Shown: in pieces, positions 10,430 through 19,934 of the stretch | How the letters are laid out: the number at the start of each line of letters is the position of its first letter | Position numbering within the stretch: position 1 is the stretch's first letter | Assembly: GCA_934636435.1 (NCBI GenBank) | Contig: CAKUAQ010000001.1 | Coordinates: forward strand, 12,732 to 76,731 | DNA length: 64,000 nt | From: an uncultured Eubacteriales bacterium | GTDB lineage: Bacteria > Bacillota > Clostridia > Oscillospirales > Acutalibacteraceae | Direction: 5' to 3' | Notes under the pieces: generated by a model | Databases searched by the model: none | The model's input: only the letters and a program-made list of their open reading frames with translations | Told to the model about the DNA's origin: nothing | Position numbers and translations under genes: made by a program

Positions 10430-11422
10430 ATGGAGCGACAGGGACTGAACAGCCCGTTTTTCCGGCAGGAGCGGGTGCCGGATGTGTGCAGCCTGCGGCA
10501 GAATTTTGCCAAGGTCTATCGGCTGTGCGATACCGGGCAGATTATCTGCGAAATTTCCATCTCCGCCGGGCTGAAAAGCCCGGTGGAGATTGCCGCCATC
10601 GCCGATCCACATATCTGCAAGGCGGATGCGATGGATGAGCAGGACGAGGAGCTGCGGCTGACCCGGCGGCGCCGGTTCTATCATGTATATAACGGCGTAT
10701 CGGTGCGGGCGGTGGAAAACTGTCTGGAGGTGTGCCGGCATTTTCCCCAGACGGTGGTGCTGGGGGATGTGATCGACTATTGCTCCCATGGCGCATTGAC
10801 GTTGGCGCAGCAATGCTTGTTCGGGGCAGAGGGAGCGCCCCTGTGCATCCCCGGCAACCACGAATACCGCAAGCAGATGGACACCGGTCTGCCGGAGAAA
10901 ACCCCCAATGAGGAAAAGGCCCGTCTGCTGGAGCAGTTCTGGCCCAACGACCTGCATTTTGTGAAGCGGCAGGTGGCGGAGGACCTCATTCTGCTGGGAC
11001 TGGATAACGGCACCGGGCATTTCTGGCCGGGAACGCTGGACCGGCTGCGGCAGGAGCTGAGCCGGGCGGAGGAAAAGGGCTGCAGGGTGCTGATTTTACA
11101 GCACATTGCCTTCCGCACCGCCAATTCCCAGGGGGAGACCTCTCTGGCGGATTGGGGCTTTGAGACGCAGCGGCAGGATTTTTCCCAGGGGGACGGCGCG
11201 CTGTGCGGCGCGGCCCGGGATGCGCAGGATCGGCAGATACTGGACCTGATCGCGGGCAAGCCGGATACCGTCAAGGCAGTCATAACCGGGCATTATCACA
11301 GCCTGTTCCGGACGGTTCTGCAGGACAGCGCCGGAGCGCCGACGGCCATCCCGCAATTTTCGTTGGCAGCGCCGATCTTTGTCGGCTTCTGCGGATTGGT
11401 ACATATACTGAAGGTGCAATAA
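10430..11422 (+). CDS. Metallophosphoesterase (calcineurin-like)
   Basis: Ordered phosphoesterase motifs: IADPH (DxH), VVLGDVIDY (GDxxD), IPGNHEY (GNHE), ILQHIAF (H), ITGHYHS (GHxH). RBS AGAGGGA precedes the ATG. Confidence 0.75.
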   Translation: MERQGLNSPFFRQERVPDVCSLRQNFAKVYRLCDTGQIICEISISAGLKSPVEIAAIADPHICKADAMDEQDEELRLTRRRRFYHVYNGVSVRAVENCLEVCRHFPQTVVLGDVIDYCSHGALTLAQQCLFGAEGAPLCIPGNHEYRKQMDTGLPEKTPNEEKARLLEQFWPNDLHFVKRQVAEDLILLGLDNGTGHFWPGTLDRLRQELSRAEEKGCRVLILQHIAFRTANSQGETSLADWGFETQRQDFSQGDGALCGAARDAQDRQILDLIAGKPDTVKAVITGHYHSLFRTVLQDSAGAPTAIPQFSLAAPIFVGFCGLVHILKVQ

Positions 11423-11470
11423 GCTTCGATGCCGCACAGAACTGCTCGGTGCGTTTTGTGCGGCGTTTTT

Positions 11471-14380
11471 ATGCAGCAGGCAGCTTGGATGGTGGAGAGT
11501 GGATTCGTGGACATCAGCGATATCATAGAAGAGATCCGGACAGGAGCGGCGGCCTATCGGCCGTTCCCTTTCTGGTCGTGGAACGGAAAATTGGAGAAAG
11601 AACGGCTGCTCCGGCAGATCGACGAGCTGTATGCGGACGGCATGGGCGGATTCATCATGCACGCCCGCAGCGGGCTGAAAACCGACTATCTCTCCGAGGA
11701 GTGGATGCAGGCGGTGGAGGCCTGCGGCGACTATGGCCGGGCGCGGGGCATGGAGCCGTGGATTTACGACGAGAACGGCTGGCCCAGCGGATTTGCCGGC
11801 GGCAGGCTGCTGGAGGATGCGCAGAACCGGGATAAATACATCGAGCATACTGTCGGCGCTTTGGATACGTCGGCGGACGTGTGCTATATACTGGAGGGGG
11901 AGCGGCTTGTCCGCACCGACCGTCCGGAGCCGGGGGCCACCTATCTGAATCTCCACATCCGCACCGCCGCCTCCACCGCCGATATCTGCAACCCGGCGGT
12001 GGTGCGCCGGTTCATCGCACTGACCCACGAGGCCTATAAGGCGCGCTTCGGGGCAGATTTTGCCGCCCGCATTCAGGGCTTTTTCACCGATGAGCCCCAG
12101 TATCAGCGCTGGGGCACCCCCTATACGGATATGGTGGCGGCTTACTTCCGGGAGATGTATCACGAGGATATTCTCGACCGGCTGGGGCTGCTGTTTGTGG
12201 AAAAGGACGGCTACCGGGATTTCCGCTATCGCTATTGGCGGGCGATGCAGACGCTGATGCTGCATTCCTTCGCCAAGACCGTGTACGACTGGTGCACGGA
12301 AAACGGCGTGCAGCTCACCGGGCATTATATCGAGGAGACCTCCATGGGGTATCAGCTGATGTGCTGCGGCGGGGTGATGCCGTTCTATGCCTATGAGCAT
12401 ATCCCCGGCATCGACTGGCTGCGGCGGGACACCGACAATGAGCTGCCGGTGCGGCAGGTTTCCTCCGTGGCGGCGCAGTTGGGGAAGAAGAAGGTGCTCA
12501 CGGAGTCTTTCGCCTGCTGCGGGTGGGATGTGACCCCCACCGAGCTGCGCCGGATCGTGGGATTTCAGTTTGTGGGCGGGGTGAACTGGCTGTGCACCCA
12601 TCTGGTGCCCTATTCCGAGGCGGGACTGCGTAAGCACGATTACCCGGCGCACTATTCCCGCATCAACCGATGGGTGGAGCAGGAGTTTCCCGCTTTCAAC
12701 ACGTTTGTGTCGCGGCTGGGCAGCCTGATCGGAGAGAGCGAAGAATTGGTGAATGTGGCGGTGCTGCATCCCATTCGCAGCGCCTATTTTGACTACCAGC
12801 GGGGAGATGAGCCCAACGAGGAGGAATTCCATATCCGCCCGCTGGACGAAGCTCTGCGCCGGGATGTGCGGCGGCTGTCCTCCCATGGGGTCAATTATCA
12901 TTTTGTGGATGAAACGCTGCTGGCCCGGTACGGCTCTGTGGAGGGGACGGCGCTCTGCTGCGGGCGGTGTCGGTATACCTATTGGGTGCTGCCCCATGTG
13001 CAGACCATGGACAGGTCCACCGAGGAGCTGCTGCGGAGGTTCGTACAGAACGGCGGCAAAGTGCTGGTGCTGGGTGAAAATCCCCGGTATCGGGAGGCGG
13101 AGAGCTACGCCTACGACTATCTGGAGGGCAATTGCACCTTTGAGGAGATCTGCGCGGCGCAGCCCTGCCGGGTGGCGGATCCGGACACGGAGCTATACTA
13201 CACCTATCGTCGGCTGCAGGGGCGGGATGTGCTGGTGGTACAGAACGCCTCCGGGGAAAACAGCTACACCCAGCGATTCCTGCCGGACGGGCGGTATCGC
13301 TCCTTTCTGCGGCTGGATCTGAACACGCTGGAGACCGAGAGCGTGCCGCTGGAGCTGGTCTTTGAGCCGAATGGGTGTATGGTGCTGTTTCCCGATGAGG
13401 CACAGGCACGCCCCCGCCCGCACAAGCCGGAGATACCGGTGTATCTGGAGCGGGACGCCGTCACCTTTGACGAGAATACGCTGGTGGTGGATACGGTGCG
13501 GTATTCCCGGGACGGGGCGGCCTTTTCCGGGCCCTACCCGGTGGCGGGGCTCTTTGCCAAGCTCCTGGAGGAGCGGTACGAGGGGGACATCTATTTTGCC
13601 TATACCTTTTCGGTGCGGGAGCGTCCCGGCCGGCTCTGCCTGCGGGTGGAGCCGATCCCGGGGGCGGAATACACCTTCAACGGCCGGCCGCTGACCATGG
13701 CCGGCTCCCCGAAGGATCCGGACGTGTGGTGCGCCGATGTGACGGCGCTGGTGCATGGAGGAGATAACACGCTGGTGGTCAAGGCCGACTGGCTTCAGAA
13801 CGACCGCGTATATTACGCCCTGTTCGGCGAAAACGTCACCGAGAGTCTCAAAAACTGTCTGGTCTATGACCGGGAATTGGAGCCGGTCTACTGCGTCGGT
13901 GATTTCGGTGTGTATACGGACGGCGGATTCCGGGATGTGGGGGACGGCTTTGCGGCGGCGCAGGATTTTTACATTGCCGCGCCGCCCCGGCGCGTCACCG
14001 AGCCGGTGACGGACGGATTGCCCTTCTTCTCCGGCATTCTGACGGTGCGCAAGACCCTGCATCTGACCGACCCGGATGTGACCCTCCGTCTCCCCGGCAA
14101 AAAAATGGTGGCGCGGGTGCGGCTGAACGGGCACGCGGTGGGAACGGTGCTGTTTGGCGAGACCATCGACATCGGCGCCTATGCGGTCGCGGGGGATAAC
14201 GAGCTGGAGATCGCCTATACCTTCAGCAACCGCAATACCTACGGTCCTCACCACAGCACCGACCCGGTCACCCGCCGTTGCGCTGCGCCGGAATTCTTTG
14301 AGATGAAGGATTGGAAGGATGGGGTCAGCCCCGGGTATTCCGATGCCTATGAGCTGCTGTGCTTCGGCGCAGCGCGGTGA
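11471..14380 (+). CDS. Large glycoside-hydrolase-like protein (possibly GH106-like; specificity unknown)
   Basis: N-terminal YRPFPFWSWNGKL...GMGGFIMHARSGL...WIYDENGWPSGFAGG resembles the uncharacterised glycosyl hydrolases of gut Firmicutes. C-terminus looks like a sugar-binding beta-sandwich (VRLNGHAVGTVLFGETIDIGAYAVAGDNELEI). Start is uncertain: in-frame ATGs at 11429, 11471 and 11489. Confidence 0.65.
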   Translation: MQQAAWMVESGFVDISDIIEEIRTGAAAYRPFPFWSWNGKLEKERLLRQIDELYADGMGGFIMHARSGLKTDYLSEEWMQAVEACGDYGRARGMEPWIYDENGWPSGFAGGRLLEDAQNRDKYIEHTVGALDTSADVCYILEGERLVRTDRPEPGATYLNLHIRTAASTADICNPAVVRRFIALTHEAYKARFGADFAARIQGFFTDEPQYQRWGTPYTDMVAAYFREMYHEDILDRLGLLFVEKDGYRDFRYRYWRAMQTLMLHSFAKTVYDWCTENGVQLTGHYIEETSMGYQLMCCGGVMPFYAYEHIPGIDWLRRDTDNELPVRQVSSVAAQLGKKKVLTESFACCGWDVTPTELRRIVGFQFVGGVNWLCTHLVPYSEAGLRKHDYPAHYSRINRWVEQEFPAFNTFVSRLGSLIGESEELVNVAVLHPIRSAYFDYQRGDEPNEEEFHIRPLDEALRRDVRRLSSHGVNYHFVDETLLARYGSVEGTALCCGRCRYTYWVLPHVQTMDRSTEELLRRFVQNGGKVLVLGENPRYREAESYAYDYLEGNCTFEEICAAQPCRVADPDTELYYTYRRLQGRDVLVVQNASGENSYTQRFLPDGRYRSFLRLDLNTLETESVPLELVFEPNGCMVLFPDEAQARPRPHKPEIPVYLERDAVTFDENTLVVDTVRYSRDGAAFSGPYPVAGLFAKLLEERYEGDIYFAYTFSVRERPGRLCLRVEPIPGAEYTFNGRPLTMAGSPKDPDVWCADVTALVHGGDNTLVVKADWLQNDRVYYALFGENVTESLKNCLVYDRELEPVYCVGDFGVYTDGGFRDVGDGFAAAQDFYIAAPPRRVTEPVTDGLPFFSGILTVRKTLHLTDPDVTLRLPGKKMVARVRLNGHAVGTVLFGETIDIGAYAVAGDNELEIAYTFSNRNTYGPHHSTDPVTRRCAAPEFFEMKDWKDGVSPGYSDAYELLCFGAAR

Positions 14381-14470
14381 ACAAACTCACCAATTTCTCT
14401 GTAAAATCGGAAAAACATTTACGATTGTTGCCCAACAAACGCACTATCTTGCTCTGTTGCCGTCCGGCGG

Positions 14471-14500
14471 TTGACATTCGATCCAGAGAATCGGTACAAT
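14471..14500 (+). promoter_or_regulatory. Sigma-70-type promoter for the surface-protein gene
   Basis: TTGACA (14471-14476), 18-nt spacer, TACAAT (14495-14500). Confidence 0.5.
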
Positions 14501-14549
14501 GGAGCCGATGGAGGCAATTCCGATAAAAAATGGCGAAAGGGGAACTGAC

Positions 14550-17500
14550 ATGAAAACAAACTGCACAAAAGCGCTGTCTTTGCTTTTGACGTTGGCCTTT
14601 GTTGTGTCGGCGGTGCCTTTCTTCGGGCTGACCGCGGCGGCGGAGACCGCCGAGGTGACGCTCGACGACGGCTCGGTATGGCTGACGGAGCTGGGCTCCA
14701 ACGTGACCTTTACCCAGAACGCGCCCGGTGATTATAGCGTCACCCGGACGGATACGGCCACCGAGGGCAACTCAAACTTTTCCCTTGTGTCCAAAACCGG
14801 CTTTGTGGCCGGGGAGGATGTCTACGGGGTAGCCGCGGATTATCGCGGCGGCTCGCCGAGCTTCGGCTTTACCGATGAGGCGGCGCTGGAGAGCGACAAC
14901 CGGGTGGAAATCTACCGGGAGGAATCCGGTAACAAAACGACGCTGTGTGTGTTTGTGAACGGCACGCGGTATAACGTGTGGCAGGGCACGGCCACCCGTG
15001 CCAGCCTGTGCAGGATCGCCATCGCGGAGCAGGACGGCAGCTATTATCTGTCCTTCCGGGATAAGGTGGTGGACGGCGCCGGGCTGGCGGAGGAGGCCCA
15101 GGCGTATCTCAAGCTGGAGAACCATTTCTCCCGGGAGCTGCTGGCAAGCGGCGGGATGCTGCACTTCTTCCTGAAGTCTCCGGGGTGCACCTTCGCCCGC
15201 ATCGTGAAGCTGGGGTCGGTCACCCAGACGTATTCCACCAGCGCCGGCTATACTTTTGGCGGAGACACCAATAACCCCTCCTCCTGGACATTCGCCGGGG
15301 CGATTCCGACGGTTGCGTTTGACAGCGCCAGCCGGAAATACACCTATACCGCAGCGGCGGCCGGCACCTCTGTGCGGCTGGGGCTGCCGGTGGCGCAGGT
15401 GGGCGGCGCGGCAGAGGACGCCAAGTTCAGCGCCGTGATCACCCGGGATGCCGCCCCCGGCGACAATGAGTGGCTGTCGGTGGCTTTCTCTAACGATCCG
15501 GCGTTTGCCGACGGCACGGTAGAGTCCGTCAGCACCGTGGAGATCGGCGGTACAACGCAGGTACACTTTATCTACGGCAGAGATACCCTTACAGCGAACC
15601 ACAATATGTATAACGGTGCCGGTACGAGCTTCACCTTTAGTGGCGATGAGGAGAATGTGACCACTCTGAAAATCAAGGTAGGCAATCTAAGTGATGTCGT
15701 AGTGGATTTCACCGGCAATGTGCTGAAAACGGGCAAGCCCATCTACGCCCGGTTTGACAAACCCAGCTCTAACGTGACCCGCACCTATGCCATCACGGTG
15801 CCCGCTTTCAACGACAGCGCCATCGCGGCGCGGAATGCGCTGGTGGCCTGCACCACGGAGGATGCCGTGGCGGCAAAGGCGCTGGCGGAAGCCTATCTGG
15901 CGACGGATATCGCCTTTGATGCGGCGGCGCAGGAAAAGCTTACGGCTGTGTATCAGGCGTATGAGCAGCAGGTCGGCGTGCTGGCCAAGGCCATTGACGA
16001 TGCGGTGGCGGCACTGCCACCCATCGACGAGCTGCTCTGGCAGGATAAGGAAACCATTGATGCGGTGACGGCGCAGTATGACAGCGCACCGGCAGAGGTC
16101 AAGGCGCTGGTCACCTCTGCGGCGCACATCGAGGAATACCGCACGGCGGCTGCGGCGCTGGTCGATACCGGCGTATACCGCACCGGCGACGGCACCCGCT
16201 ATCGGGTGCAGCGCGATCCGGCGTACATTCAGATCGGCAGCCGGACGGGGGATAATGCGCTGACGGCGACGATCCTCGGCGGACAGAACGATTCGAAATC
16301 GGCGCTGTCCATTGTAACGGAAAATACCTATCCCATCCTCAGCGGCCAGTATGAGATGAGCTATTATTTCGGCAATCTGGCCAATGACCAGTCCTCCACC
16401 TTCGGGCTGGCGGCGGATATGGCGGATGCTCTCGGCGACGGCAGCACCAACAATACCTTTGCCCTCGTCCGCACCGAGAGCGGCAATGTCAACACCTTCT
16501 ATGTGGTGGCGGATGGCGCGGTGACACCGTGCTATGTGGCGGAGGGCACCACCCGCGCCCGAAACTGGCTTGTCGGTGTGGTTAAGGTCGGCGAAAACTA
16601 CTATATGACCGTGGATGGCAAGGCCGTGACCGGCGAGGGGTATTCCGCTGCGGTGCAGGAGGCGCTCAAGCTGAATAACCACTTCAGCCGGGAGTTCCTG
16701 GAGCAGAACGGCAGCGTGCATTTCTATGTGAAATCCAAGTCGATGAACGCCGGCGCGTCGCTGCGCCCGACGGTCAAGGTGGAAAACAATCTGATCCTCA
16801 ATACCCAGAACCGGTACAGCGACCGCAACGGCGCCGGCGCTATTGCCGAATACAATATTGCCGCCGCTACCGGTCTGACCGCCACGGAGGACGGCAATGT
16901 GTACACCTTCCAGGTGCCCTCTGCCGGTGCGGTGACGCTGGCGGAGCCGATCAATCCCGACGGCTTCCGGGTCAAGGCGTATATGCCGCCGGCTGGTGGC
17001 AATCAGGTTGTCGGCTATACGCTGTCCAACGATCCCACCTTCAGCGACGGAACCGGGGTATCCTTCGGCATCCTGCAGTTCTCCAACGGGACGCAGGTCG
17101 TTTATGCCGGCGGGAAAGAGCTGACCGCCCGTTTCTCCGGATTCTACGGCAATTCCGTGGTGCGCACCTTGTCGCTGGTGGAGAAGGACGGGGTCTATCG
17201 GCTGCGGATTTTCACCCCCGGCAATGATCTGACGGCAAGCACGCTGGATTTCACCGCTCTCGTCGGCAAGCCGATCTATCTGAAGCTTTCCGGGGCTGCC
17301 GGTGTGGAGCCTGCTTTCACCATTACGAACCACGTGACGGATGCTCCCTATCTGACTACGCAGGCGGCGCTGGATGCGGCAACCGAGAGTTTTCTCGCCG
17401 AAGAAGCCGCTGCCGTGGCGCAGGAGCTGGATGCAGCCATCGGTGATATCTACGCCCGGCCCACGGATTTCTGCCTGTACAGGGATGCGGCGGCGCAGCT

Positions 17501-17738
17501 GCGCACCCGTATGGCGCGGTTGTCCGCCCGCCAGAGTGAGGCGGTGACCGGCAAAACACAGCTGGAGGAGATCGGAGACTATCTGGATTCCCTGCCGGAG
17601 ACGGTGAATGAAGAGACGCTGACCGATTGCCGCCGGGCGCTGCTGGGTCTCACCGAGCCGACGGTCAGTTATGATTTTTGCCGGGACGGGGTGCTGGATA
17701 TCCGGGATCTGGTGCGCATGAGCGAGATGGCGGAGTGA
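14550..17738 (+). CDS. Secreted 1063-aa surface protein built from two copies of a roughly 500-aa module
   Basis: ATG 14550 follows AAAGGGGA. Signal peptide MKTNCTKALSLLLTLAFVVSAVPFFGLTAAAE. Repeated blocks: NHFSRELL/NHFSREFL, SNDPAFADGT/SNDPTFSDGT, GKPIYARF/GKPIYLKL. The C-terminal DFCRDGVLDIRDLVRM resembles one dockerin/EF-hand half-site. Confidence 0.8.
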   Translation: MKTNCTKALSLLLTLAFVVSAVPFFGLTAAAETAEVTLDDGSVWLTELGSNVTFTQNAPGDYSVTRTDTATEGNSNFSLVSKTGFVAGEDVYGVAADYRGGSPSFGFTDEAALESDNRVEIYREESGNKTTLCVFVNGTRYNVWQGTATRASLCRIAIAEQDGSYYLSFRDKVVDGAGLAEEAQAYLKLENHFSRELLASGGMLHFFLKSPGCTFARIVKLGSVTQTYSTSAGYTFGGDTNNPSSWTFAGAIPTVAFDSASRKYTYTAAAAGTSVRLGLPVAQVGGAAEDAKFSAVITRDAAPGDNEWLSVAFSNDPAFADGTVESVSTVEIGGTTQVHFIYGRDTLTANHNMYNGAGTSFTFSGDEENVTTLKIKVGNLSDVVVDFTGNVLKTGKPIYARFDKPSSNVTRTYAITVPAFNDSAIAARNALVACTTEDAVAAKALAEAYLATDIAFDAAAQEKLTAVYQAYEQQVGVLAKAIDDAVAALPPIDELLWQDKETIDAVTAQYDSAPAEVKALVTSAAHIEEYRTAAAALVDTGVYRTGDGTRYRVQRDPAYIQIGSRTGDNALTATILGGQNDSKSALSIVTENTYPILSGQYEMSYYFGNLANDQSSTFGLAADMADALGDGSTNNTFALVRTESGNVNTFYVVADGAVTPCYVAEGTTRARNWLVGVVKVGENYYMTVDGKAVTGEGYSAAVQEALKLNNHFSREFLEQNGSVHFYVKSKSMNAGASLRPTVKVENNLILNTQNRYSDRNGAGAIAEYNIAAATGLTATEDGNVYTFQVPSAGAVTLAEPINPDGFRVKAYMPPAGGNQVVGYTLSNDPTFSDGTGVSFGILQFSNGTQVVYAGGKELTARFSGFYGNSVVRTLSLVEKDGVYRLRIFTPGNDLTASTLDFTALVGKPIYLKLSGAAGVEPAFTITNHVTDAPYLTTQAALDAATESFLAEEAAAVAQELDAAIGDIYARPTDFCLYRDAAAQLRTRMARLSARQSEAVTGKTQLEEIGDYLDSLPETVNEETLTDCRRALLGLTEPTVSYDFCRDGVLDIRDLVRMSEMAE

Positions 17739-17849
17739 CGGAGGACCGTCCCTGCCGCAGGCCCTGCGCCGGATGCGGCCGCCCGTGGGATCGGACGGAA
17801 TGACCGGAGCCGCTGCACGGGCACAAATGTGTAACATTCCTATAAGCCA

Positions 17850-17895
17850 AGCCCCGGAGTCGTACCCGCGAATGGGTGCGGCTCCGGGGCTTTCG
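17850..17895 (+). terminator. Rho-independent terminator after the surface-protein gene
   Basis: AGCCCCGGAG (17850-17859) pairs with CTCCGGGGCT (17882-17891), followed by TTCG. The loop is long. Confidence 0.5.
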
Positions 17896-17936
17896 TCGGC
17901 GAAATACACGATGCATTATTTTGAGGATAGACTGTC

Positions 17937-18254
17937 ATGAAAGAAAAAACCGATCCTCCGTTTATTTTCGGCGCGCAGCATGACACGGCGGCGTTTGAGA
18001 CGTTTTTGCGGACGGTGTGTCGGGAAGCGGGGGTGGCGGATAACGGATTCCATGTGCCGAGAGGGGTGCATATCGACCGGATTTCGGATACCTTGATCGC
18101 CGTCACGAATACGACCGAAAACCCCGTGACCATCCATTGCGGCTGCGGGGTGCGCGGGGTGCTGTACGGGGGATACAGCGAGACCGGCATGTGGACCGTT
18201 CCCGGCGCGACGGCCGAAATACTCGCGGTCGGCGGGAGTGGTGCCGATGCGTGA
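17937..18254 (+). pseudogene. Probable relic of the C-terminal ~100 aa of a GH42-type beta-galactosidase
   Basis: FETFLRTVCREAGV...HVPRGVHIDRISDTLIAVTNTTENPVTIH...GVLYGGYSETGMWTVPGATAEILAV follows the pattern of the GH42 C-terminal beta-sandwich. No catalytic domain lies upstream. Confidence 0.4.
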
Positions 18255-18302
18255 GGAAACCTCCGGTGGGCTCGGTCGGCATTTGCTTTTTATATCAAAA
18301 AA

Positions 18303-18337
18303 CCGCGGGGGTCAGGCGCTATGCCTGACCCCCGCGG
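18303..18337. terminator. Bidirectional hairpin terminator between convergent genes
   Basis: CCGCGGGGGTCAGGC (18303-18317) and GCCTGACCCCCGCGG (18323-18337) form a perfect 15-bp stem, with an A-run upstream on the plus strand. Confidence 0.7.
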
Positions 18338-18372
18338 GGCGTTATAACCGAAGAATGCCGGCAGTCGGCATC

Positions 18373-19653
18373 TCACAGCCACTTGTCCAGCTCTGTTTCC
18401 ACCTCCGGAATCCTCCGAACCTGCGGGGCGCGGAAAATTTGCTGCTGCATGATCACCATGGCCGGATGGCGCAGCGTTTGCAGGTTTTCCAGCGGATTTT
18501 CGTCCGTGACGACCATCTCCGCCTGCTTGCCCGGCTCGATGGAGCCGGTGATGGCGCCGATCCCGGCCAGGGTCGCGTTGAGCAAGGTGGCGGAATAGAG
18601 GGCAAAGCGCGGGCTGACCCCGCAGAATTTCACATAATAGCACAGCTCCCGCCACATATCGTACTGGGTCACATAGGGGCAGGCCGTATCGGTGCCCAGC
18701 CCCACGGGGATGCCCTGCTTCAGGCATTCCCTGGCGAGGGCAATGATGCCCTCAAAGACGATCTTGCCGTTCTCCTGCTGCTCATAGGTGGCGTGGGACA
18801 CCTCCCGGTCAAACAGGGCAAAGGGGAGCGCCGGAGAAATCGTGGAAACCTGAAAGGCTTGGCGTTCCTTGAACAGCGTCATGATTTCTTCGGTGGGCTT
18901 TGCACCGTGCTCGATGGAATCGACGCCGTTTTCCAGCGCGACCAGTACCCCCTCCGGGCTTTCCACGTGCGCCGCCACCTTGAAACCCAGCGCATGCGCC
19001 CGGTCGCAGGCCGCCTTGACCAGTGCCGGCGGCATACGGAGCACGCCGGGCTCGCCGACCCTCTCCGCATCCAGCACGCCGCCGGTGATCATCAGCTTGA
19101 GGATGTCCGGCTTGTCCGCCGCGATCCGATCCACATAGGCGGCGGCCTCCTCCGGCGTGGCGGCCTCATAGGCCAGCGACCCGACCATGTGGCCGCCCTC
19201 TACGGAGATGGCCATATTGGATGCCAGAATACGCGGACCGATCCGCTTGCCGGCGCGGATGTCGTCCCGAATAGTTGTGTCGAAATCGGCGATTCCGCCC
19301 ACGGTGCGGATGGTGGTGACGCCGCTGAGCAGCTGCGTCTTGGCGTAATCGGCCACCAGCTTTCGGCCGAGACTGCGGGTGACGGCATTCGAGGTGATGA
19401 GCCGCACCAGCTTCACCGGGTCGGAGGGCTTTTTCTTCGGCTTGCCGGAACCCGCCAGATGCACGTGCAGATTGATCAGCCCCGGGAGGATGTATTTCCC
19501 CTCCAGATCCACCCGCTCAAAATCGGCGGGGACGGCGGTCTCCGCCACGATATCCGTAATGACGCCGTCTTCGATGAGAATGGCTTTCTCCGTTTGCGGG
19601 ATCATCGTTTCCGTTCCGTCCAGAATGATCCCGTTTGTCAATGCGCGTTTCAT
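18373..19653 (-). CDS. Amidohydrolase-family metallo-hydrolase
   Basis: ILPGLINLHVHL (HxH metal motif), later DSIEHG, and the typical N-terminal beta-sandwich ITNGIILDG...ILIEDGVI. 426 aa. Confidence 0.8.
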   Translation of the reverse strand: MKRALTNGIILDGTETMIPQTEKAILIEDGVITDIVAETAVPADFERVDLEGKYILPGLINLHVHLAGSGKPKKKPSDPVKLVRLITSNAVTRSLGRKLVADYAKTQLLSGVTTIRTVGGIADFDTTIRDDIRAGKRIGPRILASNMAISVEGGHMVGSLAYEAATPEEAAAYVDRIAADKPDILKLMITGGVLDAERVGEPGVLRMPPALVKAACDRAHALGFKVAAHVESPEGVLVALENGVDSIEHGAKPTEEIMTLFKERQAFQVSTISPALPFALFDREVSHATYEQQENGKIVFEGIIALARECLKQGIPVGLGTDTACPYVTQYDMWRELCYYVKFCGVSPRFALYSATLLNATLAGIGAITGSIEPGKQAEMVVTDENPLENLQTLRHPAMVIMQQQIFRAPQVRRIPEVETELDKWL

Positions 19654-19850
19654 CGGTTCTCGCTCTCCTTTTCCGTCTGTGCTTTAGGCAAAGCCGATTT
19701 TGTCAACCCTCCCATATTACCACATTTCGCCGTCCGTGGCAAGCGGCGGACAACGGATTTTGCCCGTCGGGCGGGGCTTTGGCTTTCCGCAGGAGCCGAA
19801 AAGTTTTCCATGCATAACGGAAACCGGATAATCCTGTGTATTTTCACTTA

Positions 19851-19880
19851 TTTACAAAGATGCGGTTCCTATGGTATAAT
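19851..19880 (+). promoter_or_regulatory. Candidate promoter of the LysR gene
   Basis: TTTACA, 18-nt spacer, TATAAT with upstream TGG (extended -10). Confidence 0.45.
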
Positions 19881-19934
19881 GCGTATGATGCAGCCCGGTT
19901 TACGGTTTGACATTGAAAAGCGGAGGAATCGTGC

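Noticed and set aside
115-12997. Series of long minus-strand ORFs (115-1572, 4212-6002, 5797-8016, 8056-10512, 11096-12997)
   Set aside because: All lie antisense to plus-strand genes with clear transporter or enzyme signatures. Their compositions are dominated by Arg/Gly/His/Pro/Leu, and none shows a conserved motif or sensible start context.
17665-17738. Calling the C-terminus of the surface protein a dockerin (cellulosome component)
   Set aside because: Only one DxxxDGxxxxxD-like segment (DFCRDGVLDIRD) is present, whereas type I dockerins have two duplicated Ca-binding repeats. It is mentioned as dockerin-like only.
15687-17909. 740-aa minus-strand ORF opposite the surface-protein gene, and 27241-30030 (929 aa) opposite the hydS/phosphatase/hydrogenase genes
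   Set aside because: Same reasoning. The plus-strand frames contain a signal peptide, repeat structure or H-cluster motifs, and the antisense frames are compositional artefacts.
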